A stretch of DNA of 57,325 bases, taken from an uncultured Candidatus Saccharibacteria bacterium (lineage in GTDB: Bacteria > Patescibacteriota > Saccharimonadia > Saccharimonadales > Saccharimonadaceae). The translations under genes and the position numbers were made by a program. This document shows, one piece after another, positions 37,035 through 46,251 of this stretch (the stretch's first letter is position 1; each line of letters begins with the position of its first letter). The DNA lies in NCBI GenBank assembly GCA_963547725.1, contig CAUUSE010000001.1:1-57325 (forward strand), in the 5' to 3' direction. The notes under the pieces were generated by a model. That model had not been told where the DNA came from, ran no database searches, and was given only the letters and a program-made list of their open reading frames with translations.

Positions 37035-38552
37035 ATGAATGACTATCTCCAAAAAATCGGCGTTATTATCAATGAAAATCGTAATCGTAAAGGCCTCACG
37101 CAGACGCAACTAGCGGAGGCTATTGGTACATCACAAAGTGCCATCAACCGTATCGAGAACGGCGGTCAAAATATCAGTGTCGAGATGCTAATGAGGATTA
37201 GTGATGTACTCAACTGTAACATCGTGACGCTCAATCACTCGGGCAAGATGAACTTTCGGGTGCATGGCGGTAAAAAACTTTCTGGTGATATATCGGTCAA
37301 AACGAGCAAGAATGCGGCCGTGGGGCTGCTCTGCGCCAGCTTGCTCAACAGGGGAAAAACGACGCTACGTCATGTGGCGCGTATCGAAGAGGTTAACCGG
37401 ATCATTGAGGTGCTCAACTCGATTGGCGTTAAAACCCGTTGGCTGCGAAAGAACGACCTGGAGATTATACCACCGGCGCGGCTGAGGCTGGAGGATATGG
37501 ATATCGCTGCTGCCAAGCGCACGCGTACTGTGATCATGTTCCTTGGCCCGCTGCTTCATCAATATCATGATTTTCAGTTGCCATTTGCCGGTGGCTGTAA
37601 TCTCGGTAAGCGCACGGTGGAGCCACATCTGTCGGGCCTGAAGCATTTTGGGATGCAGGTAGCGGCCGAGGGTGGGTACTATCATGCGCGCGTCGAGCCG
37701 ACAACGGGCGATCGGATAATTTTATTGACTGAGCGCGGCGACACGGTGACGGAAAACGTTATCATGGCGGCGGCGCTGTCACCAGACACCACCATCATCC
37801 GCAACGCCAGCCCGAACTACATGGTGCAGGATGTGTGTTTCTTCTTGCAGAAATTGGGCGTGACCATCGAAGGAATTGGTACAACGACACTGAAAATCAC
37901 GGGCCGGTCGCACATCAATACAGCAGTTGATTATTACCCATCTGAAGACCCGATCGAGGCGATGAGCTTTATCGCGGCGGCCGTGGTGACTGACTCAGAA
38001 ATCACGGTGCGCCGGGCGCCAATTGAGTTTCTGGAAATTGAGCTGGCAACATTGGCTGAGATGGGTTTGCAATATGAGTTAAGTGAGGAATATGCAGCCA
38101 ACAACGGTCGTACTCGCTTGGTGGATATCACGCTGAAACACTCCAAGTTGGTTGCGCCAAAAGACAAGATTCACGCGCTGCCGTTTCCGGGGATTAATAT
38201 GGACAACTTGCCGTTCTTGGGGCTGATTGCGACCGTCGCTAAAGGCCGGACATTGGTGCACGACTGGAGTTATGAGAATCGAGCGATTTATTTCACCGAG
38301 CTGAGTAAATTGAATGCGCAGATTGAACTGGTTGATCCGCATCGGGTGTATATCACCGGTCCAACCAGGTGGAAGCCCGCTGATGTCGTGGCACCGCCAG
38401 CGCTGCGGCCGTCGGTTGTGGTACTGCTCGCTATGTTAGCGGCACCGGGCGTGTCAATCTTGCGCGATGTGTATTCGATCAATCGCGGCTACGAGGAACT
38501 AGCGCAGCGGCTCAATTCACTGGGTGCAGAAATTGAAGTTATTACCGAGTAG
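37035..38552 (+). CDS. murA: UDP-N-acetylglucosamine 1-carboxyvinyltransferase with N-terminal XRE HTH
   Basis: GLTQTQLAEAIGTSQSAINRIENGGQN; SKNAA, GGCNLGKR, TENVIMAA, PFPG, INRGYE. Confidence 0.92.
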   Translation: MNDYLQKIGVIINENRNRKGLTQTQLAEAIGTSQSAINRIENGGQNISVEMLMRISDVLNCNIVTLNHSGKMNFRVHGGKKLSGDISVKTSKNAAVGLLCASLLNRGKTTLRHVARIEEVNRIIEVLNSIGVKTRWLRKNDLEIIPPARLRLEDMDIAAAKRTRTVIMFLGPLLHQYHDFQLPFAGGCNLGKRTVEPHLSGLKHFGMQVAAEGGYYHARVEPTTGDRIILLTERGDTVTENVIMAAALSPDTTIIRNASPNYMVQDVCFFLQKLGVTIEGIGTTTLKITGRSHINTAVDYYPSEDPIEAMSFIAAAVVTDSEITVRRAPIEFLEIELATLAEMGLQYELSEEYAANNGRTRLVDITLKHSKLVAPKDKIHALPFPGINMDNLPFLGLIATVAKGRTLVHDWSYENRAIYFTELSKLNAQIELVDPHRVYITGPTRWKPADVVAPPALRPSVVVLLAMLAAPGVSILRDVYSINRGYEELAQRLNSLGAEIEVITE

Positions 38553-38576
38553 TTACGCAGTGTTCTGCTATCGGCT

Positions 38577-40346
38577 CTATTTGGTTGTGTGGCGGGCGGG
38601 AAACAGAAACTTGAGATAATCCTTGAGCATTCGTGCACCCGATATGATCGGTAGATAGGCTATGAGCTGGCAATGAATGTACTGCATCAGTAGCTCATCG
38701 CTGGCAATAATTTGTGCCGCCCGCCGCATATTAGCGTAGAGCGAGGTGGTTTCGTCCTCTGGACTTACACCGCTCACCTCGAGACAGGCAATTGGTTTAA
38801 TGTCAGCAACACCACCGTCACTGGTAGAGATGAGCAGCTTGAGATTGGCAATGTCTTTTTCCCATGATGTGCCGCAGGCCTCGAGGCCAATGATCGGCAC
38901 GTTGATAGCAATGTCTGAGCCAATCGCCAGCGCTCGTCCCAGGGTCTCGTCGTAATCTTGGATGTAGTGGACGCGCTCACGCAGTGCAGGGTCGCTATCG
39001 ACGAGCTTGAGGATGGTCAGGAGCTGCTGATACATATCATGATCGCCCTGATGAACCTTACCGGCAAGAATATAGTGAGCGTTGCTATCGAGCAAAATCT
39101 GCTTGAGTACTTCTGGGCGCTCAAATGGTAGATGCGGCCGCTTATAATTGGCGAATCGCCGCTTGAAGTCAAACACCAGCGCGTCTTCGGGCAGGTGAAC
39201 TGGATTATTGTATTGATCCTTGCGCTTTACAAGGACTCGGTTTAGCTCCAGCCGGCCTACGCGTTTGAGTGAGCGAATGGTGTTGGCGGGTAACGTGGCG
39301 ATCGCCTTTTGATACTGCTCTGTTGGCAAGCCAAATTTATCAAGGATGGTATGCTCACGATAGGCCTGCAGAATTTCCGGCAGCACCCATGTTTCTAGGT
39401 CAATGCCGTTGGTGATGGCATGGAATTTGACCTTGTCATTGTTGCGGTCGCGGAAATTTGCCACACAGGCGTGCAGTTTACTGACGCCATTTTTGGCTTC
39501 GGTTAGTTCAATTGCTAGCAAGTTTGGTCGCAAGTGGTCTCCCCGAAATTGCTCCATCAGCCAGCAGCGCACGGCGTTGCTTTTGAGGTTTGGCAGTACT
39601 AATTTTTCAAATTGCGAGCGGTGGAATTCTGGTTCAGCTGCCTGGAGCAGGGTGTGGTTGGTGTAGAGCGTGTGTTTGCGGACGTAAACAATTGCTTCAT
39701 ATAGGTTCATGCCATTGGCGCATAGTTCATCCAGCCGAGCCAATGCCGCAAAAATTGTCGCGGTTTCGTTGAGCTGGATGACAGCTGGCTTGATGCCGAG
39801 CAGCTTCAAGGCTTTATAGCCGCCAAACCCGAGCGCAACTTCTTGGTAGAGTCGGTGATCGCCCGAACCTTCTCCTTCGTACAACTGTCCAAAGTTTGGC
39901 TCTGAGATGGTGACGAACTGCGTTGAGCCAAGTGTCTTTTTGAAAATACTTAAACTAGCATCAGGAAAGCCGGCAGAGCTAACCGACACCTCATCAATAT
40001 AATGAAAGCCATACTCCTGGGGCGAGACCTTCTCAACGTATTCAGTTTGTGCGAGGTCAGTAATTTTTTGGTGCGACTCACTGCGGTAAAACGGTGTCAC
40101 TACCACAAATGGTACCTCTAACTTTTCGGCCACCCGTCGAGTATCTGCCGCCAATACGCCCAGGCCGCCACCGCCTTTGATGCCGTTGGCTTTGTCATAA
40201 ATTTCCATTGTCCAGTAAACGTATGGCCGCGACTCAGACAGTTGATGTGTTAGGCTGCTGCGCTCAATCACGTCATAAAATTCGGAGGCGTCTTCGATGT
40301 CCTGTGGCTGGTATGGTGAAGTGTTTGTGTATGAATATGAATCCAT
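38577..40346 (-). CDS. glgP: Alpha-glucan (glycogen) phosphorylase, compact
   Basis: GGGLGVLAAD, RLYQEVALG, ITNGIDL, RRFANYKR, AGKVH, EACGTSWEK. Confidence 0.88.
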   Translation of the reverse strand: MDSYSYTNTSPYQPQDIEDASEFYDVIERSSLTHQLSESRPYVYWTMEIYDKANGIKGGGGLGVLAADTRRVAEKLEVPFVVVTPFYRSESHQKITDLAQTEYVEKVSPQEYGFHYIDEVSVSSAGFPDASLSIFKKTLGSTQFVTISEPNFGQLYEGEGSGDHRLYQEVALGFGGYKALKLLGIKPAVIQLNETATIFAALARLDELCANGMNLYEAIVYVRKHTLYTNHTLLQAAEPEFHRSQFEKLVLPNLKSNAVRCWLMEQFRGDHLRPNLLAIELTEAKNGVSKLHACVANFRDRNNDKVKFHAITNGIDLETWVLPEILQAYREHTILDKFGLPTEQYQKAIATLPANTIRSLKRVGRLELNRVLVKRKDQYNNPVHLPEDALVFDFKRRFANYKRPHLPFERPEVLKQILLDSNAHYILAGKVHQGDHDMYQQLLTILKLVDSDPALRERVHYIQDYDETLGRALAIGSDIAINVPIIGLEACGTSWEKDIANLKLLISTSDGGVADIKPIACLEVSGVSPEDETTSLYANMRRAAQIIASDELLMQYIHCQLIAYLPIISGARMLKDYLKFLFPARHTTK

Positions 40347-40380
40347 GATGCCCTTTTCGCGGATTGAAATTATCTAACAT

Positions 40381-40455
40381 TGGTGCGGGTGGGGAGAATC
40401 GAACTCCCATCTCAAGTTTGGAAAACTTGCATACTAGCCGCTGTACTACACCCGC
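40381..40455 (-). tRNA. tRNA-Gly(TCC)
   Basis: caagt-tttccaa-acttg; CCA end. Confidence 0.93.
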
Positions 40456-40498
40456 GAGCTTGCACTATTGTACCAGAAAGATGCTATAATGTGAACAT

Positions 40499-40575
40499 GC
40501 CCTGATAGCTCAGCTGGATAGAGCAGAGGACTTCTAAGCCTAAGGTCGTAGGTTCGAATCCTACTCGGGGCGCCA
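40499..40575 (+). tRNA. tRNA-Arg(TCT)
   Basis: Acceptor, D and T arms intact; loop cttctaa; anticodon stem has two mismatches. Confidence 0.85.
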
Positions 40576-40597
40576 GGAATGATCGAAGGAGGGTCAT

Positions 40598-41014
40598 ATG
40601 GATGCTAGTGGTAAACCTCGAATGTCGCGTCGGTTAGTTCAGCGGTTAATGGCGCATCGGCCACGGACGCAGCCGGCGTTTGGTAATACCGGTCGAAGTC
40701 GTCGAGTGAGCGACCGCAACTGTGATCGTCAGCGGATCGGGAATTATCAGTCATCAGCGCTGGGTGCGCGTGGTTATATGCCGCCAACGAGCGCTGACGA
40801 TACACTGGAAGACCATGACACGACTAGTGATGTTCCGCTCTCTAATCGTACCTTTGCGGGTAATTCGCTGCGCCAGGCAGAGCCATCGTCCCCGTCACAA
40901 AATGTCCCAGGCAGTGTGCCACCGGGCGGTCCTGCTGATAATATTACTCGTCCGTCGCTACCATCGCCTCGATTTCAAGAGCCGCCTTCATGTGGCCACG
41001 ATCCATTTTCGTAA
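40598..41014 (+). CDS. Hypothetical low-complexity protein
   Basis: RBS AAGGAGG; Arg/Pro/Ser-rich; hairpin downstream. Confidence 0.5.
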   Translation: MDASGKPRMSRRLVQRLMAHRPRTQPAFGNTGRSRRVSDRNCDRQRIGNYQSSALGARGYMPPTSADDTLEDHDTTSDVPLSNRTFAGNSLRQAEPSSPSQNVPGSVPPGGPADNITRPSLPSPRFQEPPSCGHDPFS

Positions 41015-41039
41015 GCAGTACGATTTATTATGCATACTA

Positions 41040-41061
41040 AAACCCCAGAAAACTGGGGTTT
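41040..41061. terminator. Bidirectional terminator
   Basis: aaaccccag-aaaa-ctggggttt. Confidence 0.75.
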
Positions 41062-41071
41062 AATAATTCCT

Positions 41072-41148
41072 TGGAGGGCCAGGAGGGGCTCGAACCCTCG
41101 ACACCCTGCTTAAGAGGCAGGTGCTCTAACCAGCTGAGCTACTGGCCC
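41072..41148 (-). tRNA. tRNA-Lys(CTT)
   Basis: cctgc-ctcttaa-gcagg; CCA end. Confidence 0.95.
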
Positions 41149-41221
41149 AATCAGTCCGGATTATAGCATAATGAGCGGTAAAGGTAAACATAACGCCGCA
41201 CCTTTTGCTACGGACAATGCT

Positions 41222-41299
41222 TGGGGCGAATGATGGGGCTCGAACCCACGGCCTCCGGAGCCACAATCCAGCGCTCTAACCAACTGAGCTACATCCGCC
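41222..41299 (-). tRNA. tRNA-His(GTG)
   Basis: ctgga-ttgtggc-tccgg; encoded G-1 pairing with C73; CCA end. Confidence 0.95.
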
Positions 41300-41378
41300 A
41301 AGCTTCCCGATTATACCACAGGCGGCTACCATCCTCAAGGCGCTCGACGTGCTCATCCTGATTTGCTACAATCAAACA

Positions 41379-42188
41379 ATGAAATCTCTCAATGGTGCAG
41401 AACTCGCGTCGTTTATTAAGCAGCGTCAGGCCAAGCAAGTGCGCATGCTCCGTCAAGCGCATCACATCCAGCCACGCCTCGCCATCGTCACCGATTCGGA
41501 CAATCCAGTCATCGCTACCTACATGCGCCTCAAGCAGCGCTACGGTGCGGATATCTTGATTGAGGTAGAAATTTGTCGGGTGGCGACTCGTCACCTACCG
41601 GAGACGATCACGGCGCTGAACCAACGCGATGACGTCCAGGGAATCATTGTCCAACTACCGCTCGCCGAGCCGGAGCAGACCGATCAAATTGTGCGGCTGG
41701 TAGCACCAGAAAAAGACGTCGATGGCCTCAATTCTGAGCAAACACGGTTTGATCCGGCGACACCGATGGCCATCAATTGGCTGCTAGCGGGCTATAGTGT
41801 GGAGCTGGCTGGTAAAAGGTTGGCCATTGTTGGGCGTGGGCGGCTGGTTGGCGCGCCGCTGGAGCGGATGTGGCGAGCGTCGGGACTGGACGTAACGGTA
41901 TTTAGTAGGGGTGATGATTTATCGCGACTACACGAATATGATGTCATCGTCACGGCAACCGGCGTGGCAGGGCTGATTCAGCCAAATATGATCCGACCTG
42001 GTGCGGTGGTGGTTGACGCAGGAACCGCCTCGGAGGATGGCAAGATTGTTGGTGACGTGGCACCGGCGAATCGGACGCGCACCGATATTCACTTGACACC
42101 AGAAAAAGGCGGCATCGGCCCACTGACGGTGAGTGCATTATTTGATAATGTGATTACCGCGTGCCTGCGCCGGGTCAATATCCGGTAG
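41379..42188 (+). CDS. folD: Methylenetetrahydrofolate dehydrogenase/cyclohydrolase
   Basis: GIIVQLPL, PEKDVDGL, VGRGRLVGAP, VVVDAG, GGIGPLTV. Confidence 0.94.
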   Translation: MKSLNGAELASFIKQRQAKQVRMLRQAHHIQPRLAIVTDSDNPVIATYMRLKQRYGADILIEVEICRVATRHLPETITALNQRDDVQGIIVQLPLAEPEQTDQIVRLVAPEKDVDGLNSEQTRFDPATPMAINWLLAGYSVELAGKRLAIVGRGRLVGAPLERMWRASGLDVTVFSRGDDLSRLHEYDVIVTATGVAGLIQPNMIRPGAVVVDAGTASEDGKIVGDVAPANRTRTDIHLTPEKGGIGPLTVSALFDNVITACLRRVNIR

Positions 42189-42192
42189 AAAC

Positions 42193-42564
42193 TCACGGCT
42201 TTGTAATGACTGATTTGACCTGGGCGACGACTTGGCGTGGGGTGAGGTTGGCCTTGACGATGTAGCCTTGGATGCCAAGTGAACGCATCTCGCGCGGGGC
42301 TTCTTCTTCGCCGAGGTTGGTCAGCACGATAACCGGTATGGTCTTGCCCCACGCGTGTGAGCGAATACGCCGCAAGGCCTCGGCTCCATTCATCTCTGGC
42401 ATCTGGATATCCAGTAAAATGACATCTGGACGAAACGATTCGACGAGTGCCACGCCAATTGTACCATTACTCGCTAGTCGTACGTCAAACCCGTCTGCCT
42501 CGAACTTCATTCGGTACATCTGACTGATCGTCGCATCATCTTCGATGATAGCAATTTTAACCAT
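42193..42564 (-). CDS. Single-domain response regulator (receiver only)
   Basis: IAIIEDD, PDVILLDIQMPEMNG, IPVIVLTN, YIVK. Confidence 0.92.
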   Translation of the reverse strand: MVKIAIIEDDATISQMYRMKFEADGFDVRLASNGTIGVALVESFRPDVILLDIQMPEMNGAEALRRIRSHAWGKTIPVIVLTNLGEEEAPREMRSLGIQGYIVKANLTPRQVVAQVKSVITKP

Positions 42565-42622
42565 AATTGTATTATAGCAGGCAGTGGTGTATTGTAAAAC
42601 TAGCACAAAAGAGGTGGGCAAA

Positions 42623-43777
42623 GTGACAATAAAGCAGCGTGAAAGCGTAACTATTCAGCCAGAGCGTTATGGCTGGGTTGAGTTGTCAGAGCGCAGGGCG
42701 GAACTTGAGCTGGATCAGTGGCGGATTCATCCAGTGCCGATGCGTGACCGATATCAGACGCAATCCCACGAGAAGGTAGTGGTGGAGCTAGAAGAGCTGA
42801 CTGGTATGGGCTTTCATGGTGATTGTGATCTTAACGCAGCGATTGGGCGCCAGCGAACGAGGATTGATGATACCAATCCAGCGACATGCGAGTTGATCGC
42901 TCGGGTTCCTGGCGTCGAGGATTGGCTGGAACTGATACCGACGGCGGCAGCACTGGACCTGTTATATGATCCGAGCATTGAGCGATTAGCGAATGGCAAA
43001 CCAGTCTCGCCAGTGGTGCGCGACTGGGCCTGTAATATTTTGGATGCGCACGGTATTCGCAGTCGCGGTGAAATTGTTCAGGCTATTCTTGCCAGGCACG
43101 TTATTGATCAAGCGTCTCTGGGCGCCACAGAGCAGCAGTGGGTTAGTCTAGCTTGCGGCGCTGCTCAGCCGGTTTGTCATGCGCTCCGGCACATCAAAGA
43201 GAATGGTCATGCTGTGCCGCGAGTCACACTGGTTGATCTTGACCGGTCGGCGCTTAAGGCTGCGCAAATGTATGCTCAGACAGCAGAGGTTGAGCAGTTT
43301 ATTGATATTCTCCGTATGAATATTCTGCACCCTCAGGGTGTAGCCCTGCCCGTAGTAGACGCGCGAACGAACGTGGCAGCTCGAGCACTGCGGCGACGGG
43401 TTGGCCTTGAGGCAGCCGCATATGATGCAGTCGATGCTGTTGGAATTTTGGAGTATGTACCCGAGGCGCTTCCAGATGAAAGTCCGACGGCGTTGCAGGT
43501 TAATGCCGCAACTTTCCTAGCTAATGCTGCTCAACTGGTGAAACCCGGCGGGTTGCTGCTCGTTGGTAATATGCGTGATACGCATCCGCAGCTAGGCTTT
43601 ACGCTTAATGTTGTGCAGTGGCCATATATCCAGCCTCGGTCAATCGAAACAATGCAGCGGATTGTGGAGGTGGCGGGTCTGGGTGATTGGCGGGTCGATG
43701 TATATTGTCCTGATGATGGCGTCTATGCACTGTATGCTATGCGTAGACCAAAGGTTGGTGGTACACTAGAAATATGA
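42623..43777 (+). CDS. Class I SAM-dependent methyltransferase-like protein
   Basis: WVSLACGAA, VTLVDLDRSAL, YDAVDAVGILEYV, LVKPGGLLLVGNM. Confidence 0.8.
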   Translation: MTIKQRESVTIQPERYGWVELSERRAELELDQWRIHPVPMRDRYQTQSHEKVVVELEELTGMGFHGDCDLNAAIGRQRTRIDDTNPATCELIARVPGVEDWLELIPTAAALDLLYDPSIERLANGKPVSPVVRDWACNILDAHGIRSRGEIVQAILARHVIDQASLGATEQQWVSLACGAAQPVCHALRHIKENGHAVPRVTLVDLDRSALKAAQMYAQTAEVEQFIDILRMNILHPQGVALPVVDARTNVAARALRRRVGLEAAAYDAVDAVGILEYVPEALPDESPTALQVNAATFLANAAQLVKPGGLLLVGNMRDTHPQLGFTLNVVQWPYIQPRSIETMQRIVEVAGLGDWRVDVYCPDDGVYALYAMRRPKVGGTLEI

Positions 43778-43790
43778 CGAGGGAGTGGGC

Positions 43791-45962
43791 ATGGAGATAG
43801 CGGGGCTGATCATTGCCGGGGTGATGTCGCTGGTGTTTGGCCTTATGGTCGTGGCTCATCAACCACGCCAGCCGGCAACCCGGTTCTTTTTTGTGCTGAC
43901 GGTTGGCATTGCGCTGTGGGCACTGGGTATTGCGGCGTTTTTAGCGACTAATGTGCTGGTGGCGGCACTAATATACCTGAGGATATATTACATCGGAGCA
44001 GCGCTGATCGCGGTAGCCATGATCTCGGTGGCGGCTCATATCGGCTCCCGACGAACGATGAAATGGTTACCGGCCACTGCTTGGGTGTTATTCAGTATCG
44101 TTGCTGCGGTGATTGTCGTGCGAGTTGATTGGCTGATAGCACAAGTGGTAGTGGATGAGCATACCGTCGTCATCCATCCGATCGGCTATTTCATCTATAT
44201 GGCGTATTTCATACTGCTGTTTTTGGCGGCACTGGTAATTCTTGCGTATCAGGCTCGTCGTCGCAGCGCGCTCCTGGTGCGCTCTCAGCTACGGCTTATT
44301 TCTCATGCGTACGGGATTGCTGGCAGTGTAGGTATGATATTTAATTTACTGCTGCCGGCTATTGGCCGCTATGACCTCATCTGGATTGGGCCGCTGAGCA
44401 CTTTTATTTTTATACCGCTGGCGTATCTGACAATTGTCAAGCATCGTCTCTTTGGTCTGAAAGATGCGGCGGTGCGAACGATTGCATATGCGATGTTGTT
44501 GAGCTTGTTAGCGATCGTATATTACGCGGCGACGTATATTATCTCGGCGATTGTCAGTGCGCTCAGCGGTCACGACATCGGTGGGATACCGGGCTTTTGG
44601 GGCGTGCTGGCAGCATTGTTTTTAGGGTTTTTGTTTCAACCGACCAAGCAGTTTTTTGATCGCCTGACCGACAAGTTGTTTTATCGACAGGATTATACCA
44701 TTGAAAGTTTTATCAACGAGATTGGGCAAATTTTGCTGCACACAATGGGGCTGCGGCTGCTGACGACTCGATTAGCGGCGTGCCTGACGCGGCTCCTCAA
44801 GGCTCGTCAGGTGATCTTTGCGGTCTATGATGACGGGCACTTTCGGATATTTGGCTCACGTGGACATACTCGTCCGCCGCAAGTGGACCTAACGGGACTA
44901 GCAGTGCAACACCAAATTGAACAACTTGATGACGTAGCGGTGGTCGAATCATTGCCAGAGCAGCTACGGCGGACGATGAAACTACAAAAGCTGGCTATCG
45001 TCATGACATTATCGCTGCAGGAGGATATTGTTGGTTTTGTGCTGATCGGCGAAAGTCAGAAAAATAATTATGTCGAGCGCGATCTCTCAATGCTTCGGGC
45101 GGTGCGCGGTGAGCTGGCGATTGCGATTAAAAATGCTCAGTCGATGGAGGAGGTGAATGAGCTGAATGCCGAGCTACAGCAGCGTGTCGAGGCGGCGACG
45201 CAGGAACTGCGGATGAGTAACCAGCAGCTACAGCGACTAGACGAGGCGAAGAATGAGTTTATTTCTATGGCATCGCATCAGCTGCGGACACCGCTAACCA
45301 GTATCAAGGGCTATCTCGATATGTTGCTCCAAGGTGATCTCGGCCCAGTTCGTCCGACCCAGAAGGCTGTTCTGCGCGAGGCTTTTTCCTCGAGCGAGCG
45401 CATGGTACAACTGATCAATGATTTTCTCAGTATTTCTCGCTTGCAGACCGGAACGTTCACTATGAACCGCCAGCTGGCTAACCTCGGTGATATTGTACAA
45501 AGTGAAATGGCTCTGCTGAAGATTGTGGCCAAGCAGCATAACATCACTCTTTCGGTGCATATTGACGATGATGTTCCGACGTTGCCGATTGACGCCGAAA
45601 AACTCCGCCAAGTCATCATGAACATGATTGATAACGCAATCTTTTATTCTAAAGAACGAACGACGGTCAAGGTGTCGCTCTGTTGCGATACGCGGGAAGT
45701 GGTGTTTACGGTCGAAGACCAAGGCATCGGCGTGCCAAAAGCTGAGCAGTCTGGCGTGTTTGGTAAATTCTTTCGCGCCTCAAATGCTCGCAAGCGTCGT
45801 CCTGACGGCACGGGCGTTGGCTTGTTTTTGGCGCGTAAAGTTGTGTTAGAGCACGGCGGATCAATGATCTTTACGTCAAAAGAAGACAAGGGCAGCACGT
45901 TCGGTTTTCGTCTGCCACTTGATAGGGCGGCCGCGAACAAGAAAAAGGCGACAAGTCACTGA
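43791..45962 (+). CDS. Sensor histidine kinase (7TM-type N-terminus, GAF-like, HisKA, HATPase_c)
   Basis: ~9 TM helices; EFISMASHQLRTPLT; NMIDNAIFY; DQGIG; GTGVGL. Confidence 0.93.
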   Translation: MEIAGLIIAGVMSLVFGLMVVAHQPRQPATRFFFVLTVGIALWALGIAAFLATNVLVAALIYLRIYYIGAALIAVAMISVAAHIGSRRTMKWLPATAWVLFSIVAAVIVVRVDWLIAQVVVDEHTVVIHPIGYFIYMAYFILLFLAALVILAYQARRRSALLVRSQLRLISHAYGIAGSVGMIFNLLLPAIGRYDLIWIGPLSTFIFIPLAYLTIVKHRLFGLKDAAVRTIAYAMLLSLLAIVYYAATYIISAIVSALSGHDIGGIPGFWGVLAALFLGFLFQPTKQFFDRLTDKLFYRQDYTIESFINEIGQILLHTMGLRLLTTRLAACLTRLLKARQVIFAVYDDGHFRIFGSRGHTRPPQVDLTGLAVQHQIEQLDDVAVVESLPEQLRRTMKLQKLAIVMTLSLQEDIVGFVLIGESQKNNYVERDLSMLRAVRGELAIAIKNAQSMEEVNELNAELQQRVEAATQELRMSNQQLQRLDEAKNEFISMASHQLRTPLTSIKGYLDMLLQGDLGPVRPTQKAVLREAFSSSERMVQLINDFLSISRLQTGTFTMNRQLANLGDIVQSEMALLKIVAKQHNITLSVHIDDDVPTLPIDAEKLRQVIMNMIDNAIFYSKERTTVKVSLCCDTREVVFTVEDQGIGVPKAEQSGVFGKFFRASNARKRRPDGTGVGLFLARKVVLEHGGSMIFTSKEDKGSTFGFRLPLDRAAANKKKATSH

Positions 45963-45969
45963 GAAAGTT

Positions 45970-46185
45970 TTACCGGAATAAACTAATGATGCCAGTGATA
46001 ATCACAATGACGATGATGACTATTACTACGCCGATGCCGACACCACGCAGTAATTTTTTGCGTTCATATAGCCACTGACCGGCCGACGAGCGGCTGACCG
46101 CCTGGATGCGCGTGACACTGGGTCGAGTTATTGCGGCGTCAACGCCAGAGTATTTCTTAGAGCGCTTTTTCTTCTGCTTTGCCAT
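45970..46185 (-). CDS. Small basic membrane protein
   Basis: MAKQKKKRSKKYSG..., C-terminal TM; TACAAT 6 nt before ATG. Confidence 0.65.
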   Translation of the reverse strand: MAKQKKKRSKKYSGVDAAITRPSVTRIQAVSRSSAGQWLYERKKLLRGVGIGVVIVIIVIVIITGIISLFR

Positions 46186-46204
46186 AATACTATTGTACCA
46201 TGAA

Positions 46205-46229
46205 ATACCCCTCGGGGTGCGAGGGGTAT
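46205..46229. terminator. Hairpin terminator after surface protein gene
   Basis: atacccctcg-gggtg-cgaggggtat. Confidence 0.65.
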
Positions 46230-46251
46230 CCACGTCAACCAGATTTATGAT

